From positions 1 to 44,596 of the forward strand of contig JBIIJX010000001.1 in the NCBI GenBank assembly GCA_044233495.1: a stretch of DNA of 44,596 bases, in the 5' to 3' direction. Below are positions 1 to 7,094 of this stretch, piece after piece. Origin of the DNA: Candidatus Nanopelagicales bacterium. Its GTDB lineage: Bacteria; Actinomycetota; Actinomycetes; S36-B12. The notes beneath the pieces were generated by a model. That model was not told the origin of the DNA, did not search any database, and saw only the letters and a program-made list of their open reading frames with translations. Position 1 is the first letter of the stretch, and the number at the start of each line of letters is the position of its first letter. The position numbers and the translations under genes are program-made.

Positions 1-426
1 CACCTCGGTGATCGCAGCCGTACGGTCCCTGCCCTTGACCATGTCGATGACGGTCAGGCCGCCGACGGCAGCTGCCGTGAGCGCCTCCATCTCCACGCCG
101 GTGCGATCGGCTGTGCGCACCGTGGCGAGGACCTCCACCGCGCTTCCGTCATCCGTGAGGCTCACCTCGACGTCGACTCCGTGCACGGCGATCGGGTGGC
201 ACAGCGGGATGAGGTCCGGGGTGCGCTTGGTCGCCTGGATCGCGGCGATCCTTGCCACGGCAAGTGCGTCTCCCTTGGGCATCTGGCCCGTGGCGAGCAG
301 CCTGGCGACCTCGGCCGACACGCTGACGCGACAGCGCGCCGTAGCCTCCCGGGTGGTGACGTCCTTCGCCGTGACGTCGACCATCCGAGCCTCGCCGCGC
401 TCGTTGAGGTGGGTCAGATCGCTCAT
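1..426 (-). CDS. moaC: Cyclic pyranopterin monophosphate synthase MoaC (3' end runs off the window)
   Basis: Own reverse-strand translation from ATG at 426: MSDLTHLNERGEARMVDVTAKDVTTREATA...DLIPLCHPIAVHGVDV...RTADRTGVEMEALTAAAVGGLTVIDMVKG. These are typical MoaC motifs. It is absent from the ORF track because no stop lies in the window. ATGA overlap with the stop of the upstream VWA gene (423-426). Confidence 0.85.
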   Translation of the reverse strand, partial: MSDLTHLNERGEARMVDVTAKDVTTREATARCRVSVSAEVARLLATGQMPKGDALAVARIAAIQATKRTPDLIPLCHPIAVHGVDVEVSLTDDGSAVEVLATVRTADRTGVEMEALTAAAVGGLTVIDMVKGRDRTAAITEV

Positions 427-1718
427 GCGGGCACCCTAGTGCGCCTCTGGCCCGGCGTCGCCCGCTCCGTCGCGCTGGCTATGGCCGCCATGACCTCCTC
501 CAGGGCCCGCACCGAATGCCCGGAGACGAAGGTGTCGACGTACGGCAGGGCGGCGGCCATGCCGCCGACAAGCGGCTCATACGAGGACGACGCCTTGCGC
601 GGGTTGACCCAGATGACGTGGTGCGCCAGCCGGGAGAGTCGATGCATCGACTCACCGACAAGAGCTGGGTCATCGATCTCCCATCCGTCGGAGACGATCA
701 CAACGACGGCGCCACGCGCCATGCCACGGCGCCCGTAGTCATTCAGGAACGTTGCCAGGGCGCGACCGATGCGCGTTCCACCGGACCAGTCCGGTGCCGC
801 CTCGAGAGCGCGGCGGTACGCCGTGTCGGGATCGGCGACATCCAGCTGACGCGTCAGGCGCGTCAGGCGCGTCGCGAACGCGAAGGCCTCAGCCCCGAGG
901 GCCCGCACAGCCCCCCGCACCAGGTGCAGGTAGACGCGCGCATAGGGCTCCATGGACCCGGACACATCGGCGATGAGCACGACGCGCCGGGGCCGCTGCG
1001 TGTGCCGTCGCGTGACGAGATGCACGGGCTCTCCACCGGTGCGCTGCGAGCGACGCAGCGTCTCGCGCATGTGCAGGACGCTGCCGGCACGGTGCCGCCT
1101 CATGCGTCGCGCACGACGAGGAGGAGGGACGAGTGGAAGCTGCTCGACAAGTCGTCGGATGAGGATCAGTTCCTCCGGTGTGCACGACGAGAAGTCGCGG
1201 GTGGCGAGGCGCTCCGTCACGCTCACGGCCGCCAGGGCCTGCTGGTCTGCGGCCTCGTCGGTCTCTGACGACTGCCCGGGTGTCGAGGTGGTGAGCTCGC
1301 CAGTGCCGGAGGTCGACGACTCCTGCAGCGCCTCCTCCGGGCTGAGGTCGGCCGTGGTGGCCCCCTGCGGCACGGCCGACGAGAGTGTCTCCTTCGGCAC
1401 CTCGGAGAAGGTGAACTGTCCGCGGAAGACCTGGTCGAAGACACGGTCGTATACCTGGACCTGCTGACGAGCAGTCACGAGGGTCACACGGCCCAGCCAG
1501 TAGACGTCGTTCAGAGTCGAGGGCTGGGCCGCGGCAACGGCGTAGGCGAACCGCGTGGACCGCTCAGGCGTGACCGGCACCCCGGCCGCGTGCAACTTCT
1601 GGCCGAAGCCCGCGACGATGCCGACGAACACGCCATCGGCCGAGAGGTCATCGGCCCCGGAGTCATCGGCCGAGAGGTCATCGGCCGCGGAGTCATCGCC
1701 TAGGAGCCGGCCACCCAC
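423..1718 (-). CDS. VWA domain protein, CoxE-like (paralog 1)
   Basis: 431-aa ORF with MIDAS motif DVSGSM and a C-terminal SDGWE...VIWVNP block. Collinear with the second VWA protein at 3812-4945 (FVG..G.P, TRLTR.TRQLD, WSGGTRIG). GTG start overlaps the MoxR stop by 19 nt. The N-terminus carries an acidic tandem repeat. Confidence 0.8.
   Translation of the reverse strand: MGGRLLGDDSAADDLSADDSGADDLSADGVFVGIVAGFGQKLHAAGVPVTPERSTRFAYAVAAAQPSTLNDVYWLGRVTLVTARQQVQVYDRVFDQVFRGQFTFSEVPKETLSSAVPQGATTADLSPEEALQESSTSGTGELTTSTPGQSSETDEAADQQALAAVSVTERLATRDFSSCTPEELILIRRLVEQLPLVPPPRRARRMRRHRAGSVLHMRETLRRSQRTGGEPVHLVTRRHTQRPRRVVLIADVSGSMEPYARVYLHLVRGAVRALGAEAFAFATRLTRLTRQLDVADPDTAYRRALEAAPDWSGGTRIGRALATFLNDYGRRGMARGAVVVIVSDGWEIDDPALVGESMHRLSRLAHHVIWVNPRKASSSYEPLVGGMAAALPYVDTFVSGHSVRALEEVMAAIASATERATPGQRRTRVPA
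1634..1700. repeat. 30-bp direct tandem repeat x2 plus a partial third copy, with a 15-bp sub-periodicity
   Basis: catcggccgagaggtcatcggccccggagt (1634-1663) and catcggccgagaggtcatcggccgcggagt (1664-1693) differ by one mismatch, followed by catcgcc. On the minus strand it encodes DDSAADDLSADDSGADDLSADG at the N-terminus of VWA paralog 1. Confidence 0.9.
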
Positions 1719-2596
1719 GCGAGACCCTCCGACCGGGCCAGTTCCTGATCCTCGCGGTACTTCAGCACCGAGCCCAGCGTTCGGCCGACTCCTGCAGCGT
1801 CGAGGCCGTCGATCCCCAGCAGCATCGCGGCGTGGACCCAGTCGATCGCCTCCGCCACCCCGGGGGGCTTCTGCACGTCGATGCCGCGCAGTCGCTGAAC
1901 GGCACCCGCCACCTGATGCACGAGCGAGGCGGGCGCCTCCGGCACGCGCAGTGCGATGATCGCCGTCGCGTGCTCAAGGTCCGGATAGTCGATCCAGTGG
2001 TACAGGCAGCGCCGCTTCAGCGCGTCATGGAGATCTCGGGTGCGGTTGGACGTGAGCACGACGATCGGCGGCACACGGGCCGTCAGGGTGCCAAGTTCGG
2101 GAACGGTGAGCGATCCCTCTGCGAGCATCTCGAACAGGAAGGCCTCGAACTCCTCGTCCGCGCGATCCACCTCGTCGATGAGCAGCACCGCGGGGTTCGG
2201 CCCGGGATGCTCGAGGGCCTGAAGCAGTGGCCGCTCGATCAGGAACTCCCGGGAGAACAGGGACTCCTCGTCGAGCGCTCGCCCCTGGGCCTCGGCGAGG
2301 CGGATGCCCAGCAGCTGACGGGGGTAGTTCCACTCGTAGATCGCCTCGGATGCGTCGATCCCCTCGTAGCACTGCAGTCGGATGAGGGGGGTGTCGAGCA
2401 GTGACGCGAGCGCCTTGGCGGACTGCGTCTTGCCCACTCCGGCCTCCCCCTCCAGCAGCAGGGGCTGGGGCAGGCGCACCGCACAGAAGAGCGCGCTCGC
2501 CAGGCCCGGGTCCGCGAGGTAGTCGTGATCGGCCAGTCGCTCAGCCAGCACCTGCGGCGAGGGCACGAGCTGCTCCATGCTCGTGGGGACGCTCAT
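1700..2596 (-). CDS. MoxR-type AAA+ ATPase, CoxD-like (paralog 1)
   Basis: 298 aa with Walker A GEAGVGKT, Walker B LLIDEVDRADEEFE, and TSNRTRDLHDALKRRC. Roughly 55-60% identity by eye to the ORF at 2953-3825. Confidence 0.9.
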   Translation of the reverse strand: MSVPTSMEQLVPSPQVLAERLADHDYLADPGLASALFCAVRLPQPLLLEGEAGVGKTQSAKALASLLDTPLIRLQCYEGIDASEAIYEWNYPRQLLGIRLAEAQGRALDEESLFSREFLIERPLLQALEHPGPNPAVLLIDEVDRADEEFEAFLFEMLAEGSLTVPELGTLTARVPPIVVLTSNRTRDLHDALKRRCLYHWIDYPDLEHATAIIALRVPEAPASLVHQVAGAVQRLRGIDVQKPPGVAEAIDWVHAAMLLGIDGLDAAGVGRTLGSVLKYREDQELARSEGLAWVAGS

Positions 2597-2701
2597 ATCG
2601 GCACCCTAGTCCGGCTCGGCACCCCGGGATCTGCCCTTTCCCCGCATGCGACGGGGCTCAACCCTTGCTAACCTGCCGTAGCCCTCACGAGGAGACCTCA
2701 C

Positions 2702-2947
2702 ATGGCAGATCACGGCGACGACACCGCGGACGTCCTTCGCGGAATCTGGCAGCAGGCCCCTGCCGACCTCGAGCTGGACGAGGACTGCAACCCGAACAAG
2801 GTGTGCCGGAACATGAAGGACGTCTCCTTCGACGGCTTCGCCGAGGAGGGCGTCGACATGGGCACCGCCTGGCGCAACAAGCTGCGTCGTGAGGGCAAGC
2901 TGGGTGGCTCTTCGATCGGCGACCTCGTCCTCGGCGAGGGTCGCTGA
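2702..2947 (+). CDS. Hypothetical small acidic protein (81 aa), first gene of the plus-strand MoxR-VWA operon
   Basis: ATG is preceded by GAGGAG 7 nt upstream. GC3 is high throughout. The stop lies 5 nt before the GTG start of MoxR paralog 2. No recognisable domain. Confidence 0.5.
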   Translation: MADHGDDTADVLRGIWQQAPADLELDEDCNPNKVCRNMKDVSFDGFAEEGVDMGTAWRNKLRREGKLGGSSIGDLVLGEGR

Positions 2948-2952
2948 TCTCC

Positions 2953-3825
2953 GTGTCGGGCGCCTTCGACGATCTCACCGTGCCCGCTCTCACCGAGCGG
3001 CTCGGGGAGCAGGGCTACATCGCTGATCGGGGCCTGGCCACCACGCTGCTCCTGGCCCTGAAGCTGGGCAAGCCCCTGCTGCTGGAGGGCGAGGTCGGCG
3101 TCGGCAAGACCGAGCTGGCGCGCACGCTCGCCGAGATGCTCGGACGCGACCTCATCCGCCTGCAGTGCTACGAGGGCATCGACACCCACCATGCGCTGTA
3201 CGAGTGGGACTACGCGCGGCAGATGCTGCACGTACGTGCGCTGAGCCAGGCTGAGCTGGCCTCCTCCGACGAGGATCTCTTCAGCGAGCGCTTTCTCGTC
3301 GAGCGGCCCCTGCTCCAGGCAGTGCGGGCGGGTGAGCAGTGCGTGCTTCTCATCGACGAGGTGGATCGCGCCGACGATGAGTTCGAGGCCTTCCTCCTCG
3401 AGCTGCTGAGCGAGTTCCAGGTGACCATCCCGGAGATGGGCACGGTGAAGGCCGCGACTCGCCCCATCGTCATCCTCACGTCGAACCGCACACGAGAGCT
3501 GCACGATGCGCTCAAGCGGCGCTGCCTCTACACCTGGATCGGATTCCCCCCGCACGAGCGCGAGGTGGCGATCGTGCGCTCCCGCATCCCCGACGTCAGC
3601 ACCGCTCTCGCGGACCAGGTGGTCTCCGCTGTCAACCGCCTGCGCGAGATGGAACTCGAGAAGCTCCCCGGTGTCGCCGAGACGATCGACTGGACCACGA
3701 GCCTGGAGGCACTGGGCGCCCAGTCGCTCACCGAGGAGATCGCGCTCGACACTCTCGGTGCCGTCGTGAAGGATCGAGACGATCTGGAGTTCACGACGAA
3801 GAGCATCAGCGATGTCGTCGCCTGA
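2953..3825 (+). CDS. MoxR-type AAA+ ATPase, CoxD-like (paralog 2)
   Basis: 290 aa with Walker A GEVGVGKT, Walker B LLIDEVDRADDEFE, and TSNRTRELHDALKRRC. Confidence 0.9.
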   Translation: MSGAFDDLTVPALTERLGEQGYIADRGLATTLLLALKLGKPLLLEGEVGVGKTELARTLAEMLGRDLIRLQCYEGIDTHHALYEWDYARQMLHVRALSQAELASSDEDLFSERFLVERPLLQAVRAGEQCVLLIDEVDRADDEFEAFLLELLSEFQVTIPEMGTVKAATRPIVILTSNRTRELHDALKRRCLYTWIGFPPHEREVAIVRSRIPDVSTALADQVVSAVNRLREMELEKLPGVAETIDWTTSLEALGAQSLTEEIALDTLGAVVKDRDDLEFTTKSISDVVA

Positions 3826-4945
3826 CGACATCGACGCCCTGTTCGTCGGCTTCGGCAACGCACTGCGTGATGCCGGGCTTCCCATCGGCACCGACGACGT
3901 CCTCACCTTCTGCGCCGGCATGGCGGAGCTGAAGGTCTCCGACCTGCTCGACGTCTACTGGGCCGGACGCGCCTGCTTCGTCCGCCGTCGCGAGCACTTC
4001 CCGATCTACAAGATCGTGTTCCGCGAGTACTTCCTCGGCGAGAAGCTCAGCGACGACGGCCCGCTCAAGCGCATGCTGCGCTCGTCGGCGAACGCGGGCG
4101 CCACGCTGGAGATCCCCAATACCGAGGAGGGCCTGCCGGGAGAGATCAACCCCGACGAGGTCAAGCTCGGGTACGTGGCCAGCACGACGGAGGTGTACCG
4201 CCACAAGGAGTTCGCCGAATGCACTGACGCAGAGCTCCGGCAGGTGCGCCGCCTGATCTCGCGCATGCGCATCACCCCACCCAAGCGCCGCACCCATCGG
4301 ATGACGCGCACGCGCCGGAGCTCGACGCTGGACATGCGACGGATGGTCCGCGACACCATGCGCAACCTCGGTGAGCCCGGAGGTCTGCAGTTCCGCACGC
4401 GCAAGGAGAAGCTGCGGCCGCTGGTGCTCGTCCTGGACGTCTCCGGATCGATGGCGGACTACTCGCGCAACCTTCTGCAGTTCGCCTACTCGGCCCGCCG
4501 CGCGAACACCCGGGTTGATGTCTACTGCTTCGGCACTCGCCTCACCCGCATCACCCGACAACTGGATCGTCGCGACCCCGACGAGGCCATGCGCACCGCC
4601 GGAGAGTCCGTCTTCGACTGGGACGGCGGCACCCGGATCGGCGACTCCCTGCGCGAGTACACGCGGGCCGCCCGACGCTCGCGCCTCGGGCGGGGGGCGA
4701 TCGTCGTCATCTGCTCCGACGGCCTCGACCGGGGCGAGCCGCAGGCGCTCTCCGAGGCGATGGAGAGCCTGTCGCGCATCGCCCACCGGGTGATCTGGGT
4801 CAATCCCCATCGAGGCGACGTCGAGGTCTACGTGCCCGCGTCGCTGGGCATGATCGTCGCCGATCCCTACATCGACGAGGTGCACTCCGGCCACAACCTC
4901 GCTAGCCTCGAGCGACTGGCCAACCGACTGGCGAAGGTGGGGTGA
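3812..4945 (+). CDS. VWA domain protein, CoxE-like (paralog 2)
   Basis: 377 aa with MIDAS DVSGSM, WDGGTRIG and SDGLDRGEP...VIWVNP. Overlaps the upstream MoxR gene by 14 nt. Confidence 0.85.
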   Translation: MSSPDDIDALFVGFGNALRDAGLPIGTDDVLTFCAGMAELKVSDLLDVYWAGRACFVRRREHFPIYKIVFREYFLGEKLSDDGPLKRMLRSSANAGATLEIPNTEEGLPGEINPDEVKLGYVASTTEVYRHKEFAECTDAELRQVRRLISRMRITPPKRRTHRMTRTRRSSTLDMRRMVRDTMRNLGEPGGLQFRTRKEKLRPLVLVLDVSGSMADYSRNLLQFAYSARRANTRVDVYCFGTRLTRITRQLDRRDPDEAMRTAGESVFDWDGGTRIGDSLREYTRAARRSRLGRGAIVVICSDGLDRGEPQALSEAMESLSRIAHRVIWVNPHRGDVEVYVPASLGMIVADPYIDEVHSGHNLASLERLANRLAKVG

Positions 4946-5235
4946 CGATGAGGTACAGCATCTCGCTAGCAGCCGAGGGTGACCGCGAGACGACCCTCGA
5001 GGAGATCGTCGAGTTGGCGGATGCCGTGGCACCGCTCGAGGGCATCGCGACCGGCATGGGCACGATGGGCTACGGCGCCCAGATCGTCGTCGAGGCGGAT
5101 TCGTCCGACGAGGCCGTGGAGATCGCCCTGGAGCGCTTCGCCGCGGCTGTGGCACGCACGTCGCTGCCTGCCTGGCCTGTCGCGTATGCCGAATCGATCG
5201 CCGAGGACGACGACTTCGAGGATGAGATCCCGTGA
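4942..5235 (+). CDS. Hypothetical acidic protein (97 aa)
   Basis: GTGA overlap with the VWA stop (alternative ATG at 4948). High GC3. Alternating beta/alpha-like pattern (YSISLAAEG / TLEEIVELADAVA / GAQIVVEA / DEAVEIALERFAAAVA) and a poly-acidic tail EDDDFEDEIP. Confidence 0.55.
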   Translation: MTMRYSISLAAEGDRETTLEEIVELADAVAPLEGIATGMGTMGYGAQIVVEADSSDEAVEIALERFAAAVARTSLPAWPVAYAESIAEDDDFEDEIP

Positions 5236-5660
5236 TCCGCCTCGGCAGCCTGGCTGGCTACGCCTTCGAAGGGCCACGGGCCCTGGCGGGCTGGACGCCG
5301 CCCGCCCAGGCCGCCGTGTACGCGATCCTGGCCAAGGACAACCCCCAGCGACCGCAGGAGTTCGCGGTGATCTTCGTGGGCCACGCCGACGATCTCAGCG
5401 CGGAAGGCTTTCCCTTCCGGCATCCACGGTCATCGGCGTGGATCAAGCGGGCAGGCGGCAAGTTCAACCTGCACGTGTGCTGGCTCGACGTTCCAGGAGG
5501 AACCCGGTCGCATCGCGAGCAGATCACGCAGGAGCTGTGCGCCATCTACGCGCCGAGCTGCAATGTGGAGAAGTTCGACCAGGCGTGGAAGCAGGAGTGG
5601 ATCGGCGAGTACGACACCGCGATGACCGACGCCCTCACAACGCAGAAGCGGCCCACCTGA
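5232..5660 (+). CDS. Hypothetical protein (142 aa) with a GIY-YIG-like motif pattern
   Basis: GTGA overlap with the preceding ORF. The spacing AVYAIL...x13...VIFVGHADDL...R...H...W...REQITQELCAIYAPSCN resembles the GIY / YIG / R / E / N order of GIY-YIG nuclease domains. The first-to-second motif spacer is longer than usual and the second Tyr is Phe. Confidence 0.55.
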   Translation: MIRLGSLAGYAFEGPRALAGWTPPAQAAVYAILAKDNPQRPQEFAVIFVGHADDLSAEGFPFRHPRSSAWIKRAGGKFNLHVCWLDVPGGTRSHREQITQELCAIYAPSCNVEKFDQAWKQEWIGEYDTAMTDALTTQKRPT

Positions 5661-5690
5661 GGCGAGCCGCTCCTGACGTCCTGACCACCC

Positions 5691-6050
5691 TCAGGAGATG
5701 TCTACTCCGACGCTCTCCATGAAGCGTGAGCGGCGAGTGCCCATTGCGGGGCGATTGACACCTTCAGCAACGTGATCGTCGTGCACGAACGTGGCACCGA
5801 CCACGATGCCCTCACCGAATCCGTACAGCAGGGGCAGCGCGCCGGCCACGACGTTTCCGGTCGTGTTGATCGCCGTCAGGCCGGGCTCGATGCGCTCAGC
5901 ATCGGCCTTGATGTCCCAGACGGTGTCAGCTGCCGTCTCGAGGTTCCCGGCGACCGTCTTGAGCTGGCGACCGACGATGTAGAGGTAGATCGCCAGGCCC
6001 GCGATGAGCGCGACGACATTGATGACTGACCACAACGCGAGACCGCTCAT
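5691..6050 (-). CDS. Small single-pass membrane protein, tandem paralog 5 (119 aa)
   Basis: N-terminal TM LALWSVINVVALIAGLAIYLYIV, then a helical region with an INTT motif. ATGA overlap with paralog 4. Confidence 0.65.
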   Translation of the reverse strand: MSGLALWSVINVVALIAGLAIYLYIVGRQLKTVAGNLETAADTVWDIKADAERIEPGLTAINTTGNVVAGALPLLYGFGEGIVVGATFVHDDHVAEGVNRPAMGTRRSRFMESVGVDIS

Positions 6051-6322
6051 GAGCGCACCTTGTCCAGAACTCGACCGAGGAACAGATGATGTTCGAGACC
6101 CTCCGCGAGAACGGCCTCCACGCCGCCCGCCGTGGTCGTGATGAGGGCGGTGTCGGCGGTGTTCGCCTTGGTCGCCTCGAGGGTCGTATTGATGTCAGCG
6201 ACGCGCCCGTGAATCCGGTGCACGAAGATGACGAGCAGGGTGAGCAGGGCCGCAACGGCCACAACCACGACTGAGCCGAGGATGTTCGCCCACAGCCAGA
6301 GGTTCTCCACTTGAGCGTCCAT
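6047..6322 (-). CDS. Small single-pass membrane protein, tandem paralog 4 (91 aa)
   Basis: I chose the internal ATG at 6322 (MDAQVENLWLWANILGSVVVVAVAALLTLLVIFV), 1 nt after the paralog 3 stop. The track ORF start at 6385 would overlap paralog 3. Contains an INTT motif. Confidence 0.6.
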   Translation of the reverse strand: MDAQVENLWLWANILGSVVVVAVAALLTLLVIFVHRIHGRVADINTTLEATKANTADTALITTTAGGVEAVLAEGLEHHLFLGRVLDKVRS

Positions 6323-6323
6323 G

Positions 6324-6578
6324 TCAGCCTCCCAGCCTTGCTCGGCCGCGCTTGAGGCCGGCGATGACGGCCAGCGCAGCTTCAATGGTCTCGTTGAGCT
6401 GCTTGAGCCCCGCAGTGTTGCGCTCGGCCTGCTGCAGTCCGCTGAGGATGCTCCCAGCCTGCGTCCCGATCCGCCACGCGAGAGCGAGGATCGACACGAC
6501 GAGGACGACGACGACGAGGACGACGACGGCTCCGATGATGAAGCCGATCAGCCACCCTTCATGTCCGGTGAAGTCCAT
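6324..6578 (-). CDS. Small single-pass membrane protein, tandem paralog 3 (84 aa)
   Basis: SD GGGAGGGG precedes the ATG. TM is WLIGFIIGAVVVLVVVVLVVSILALA. Contains an LNET motif. Confidence 0.65.
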   Translation of the reverse strand: MDFTGHEGWLIGFIIGAVVVLVVVVLVVSILALAWRIGTQAGSILSGLQQAERNTAGLKQLNETIEAALAVIAGLKRGRARLGG

Positions 6579-6587
6579 GGCCCCTCC

Positions 6588-6815
6588 CTAGATCGAGTCC
6601 GCGAAGGCCCGAACGGGGGCCAGGCTGGCATTGACGGACGCCACGGTGGACGGGACGGTCGCCGTCTTGTCCACGATGACCTGCACGCCGCCGTCGAGGG
6701 CGCCGAGGGTCTTAGACGTCGCGGCGAGGTGGATGATCACCCGCGTGAGCGCGAGGGCGGCAGCGGCGATGATCACCGCCCCGATGACCAGGGTGACGAT
6801 TGCTTCGGCTGGCAT
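6588..6815 (-). CDS. Small single-pass membrane protein, tandem paralog 2 (75 aa)
   Basis: SD TAGGAGA overlaps the paralog 1 stop. TM is IVTLVIGAVIIAAAALAL. The ALDGGV motif is shared with paralog 1. Confidence 0.65.
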   Translation of the reverse strand: MPAEAIVTLVIGAVIIAAAALALTRVIIHLAATSKTLGALDGGVQVIVDKTATVPSTVASVNASLAPVRAFADSI

Positions 6816-6824
6816 GGTGGTCTC

Positions 6825-7079
6825 CTAACCCAGCAGCTTCGAGACGGGGCCGGCGTAGCGCACGGCACCATTGGCGACTTCCTTGATGACCACGTCGGTC
6901 CTCTCCAGCAGTGCCGGCGTGGTGTTCAGCTCCCCGATGAGGGCCACGCCGCCGTCGAGGGCGTCCTGCGACGCCCCACGGATCCGCTCCAACGCACCCA
7001 GCAGCGTGTTGAGCAGCGCCACGAGCACGGGGACGATCACGATGAGCAGGATCAGGTTCCCGATCCACCACAGGGTCAT
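6825..7079 (-). CDS. Small single-pass membrane protein, tandem paralog 1 (84 aa)
   Basis: SD GGAG precedes the ATG, 15 nt after the coxG stop. TM is LWWIGNLILLIVIVPVLVALL. Contains ALDGGV and LNTT motifs. Confidence 0.65.
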   Translation of the reverse strand: MTLWWIGNLILLIVIVPVLVALLNTLLGALERIRGASQDALDGGVALIGELNTTPALLERTDVVIKEVANGAVRYAGPVSKLLG

Positions 7080-7094
7080 ATGCGATCTCCGTTT

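Noticed and set aside
8-439. 143-aa plus-strand ORF at the left edge
   Set aside because: The opposite strand encodes an obvious MoaC. The plus-strand product is Ser/Ala/Thr/Arg-rich with no similarity to anything I recognise.
851-873. 9-bp tandem gcgtcaggc x2 inside VWA paralog 1
   Set aside because: It encodes TRLTRLTRQ. The same peptide motif (TRLTRITRQ) occurs in VWA paralog 2, so it is a conserved protein feature rather than a slippage repeat.
2710-5155. Minus-strand ORFs of 403 aa (2710-3921) and 449 aa (3806-5155) opposite the second MoxR/VWA pair
   Set aside because: The plus-strand frames carry Walker A/B and MIDAS motifs. The minus-strand translations are low-complexity.
5655-5694. 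7-bp inverted repeat (cctgagg/cctcagg) between the convergent operon ends
   Set aside because: The stem is short and the loop is 26 nt. Both arms overlap the stop codons of the flanking genes. This is too weak to call a bidirectional terminator.
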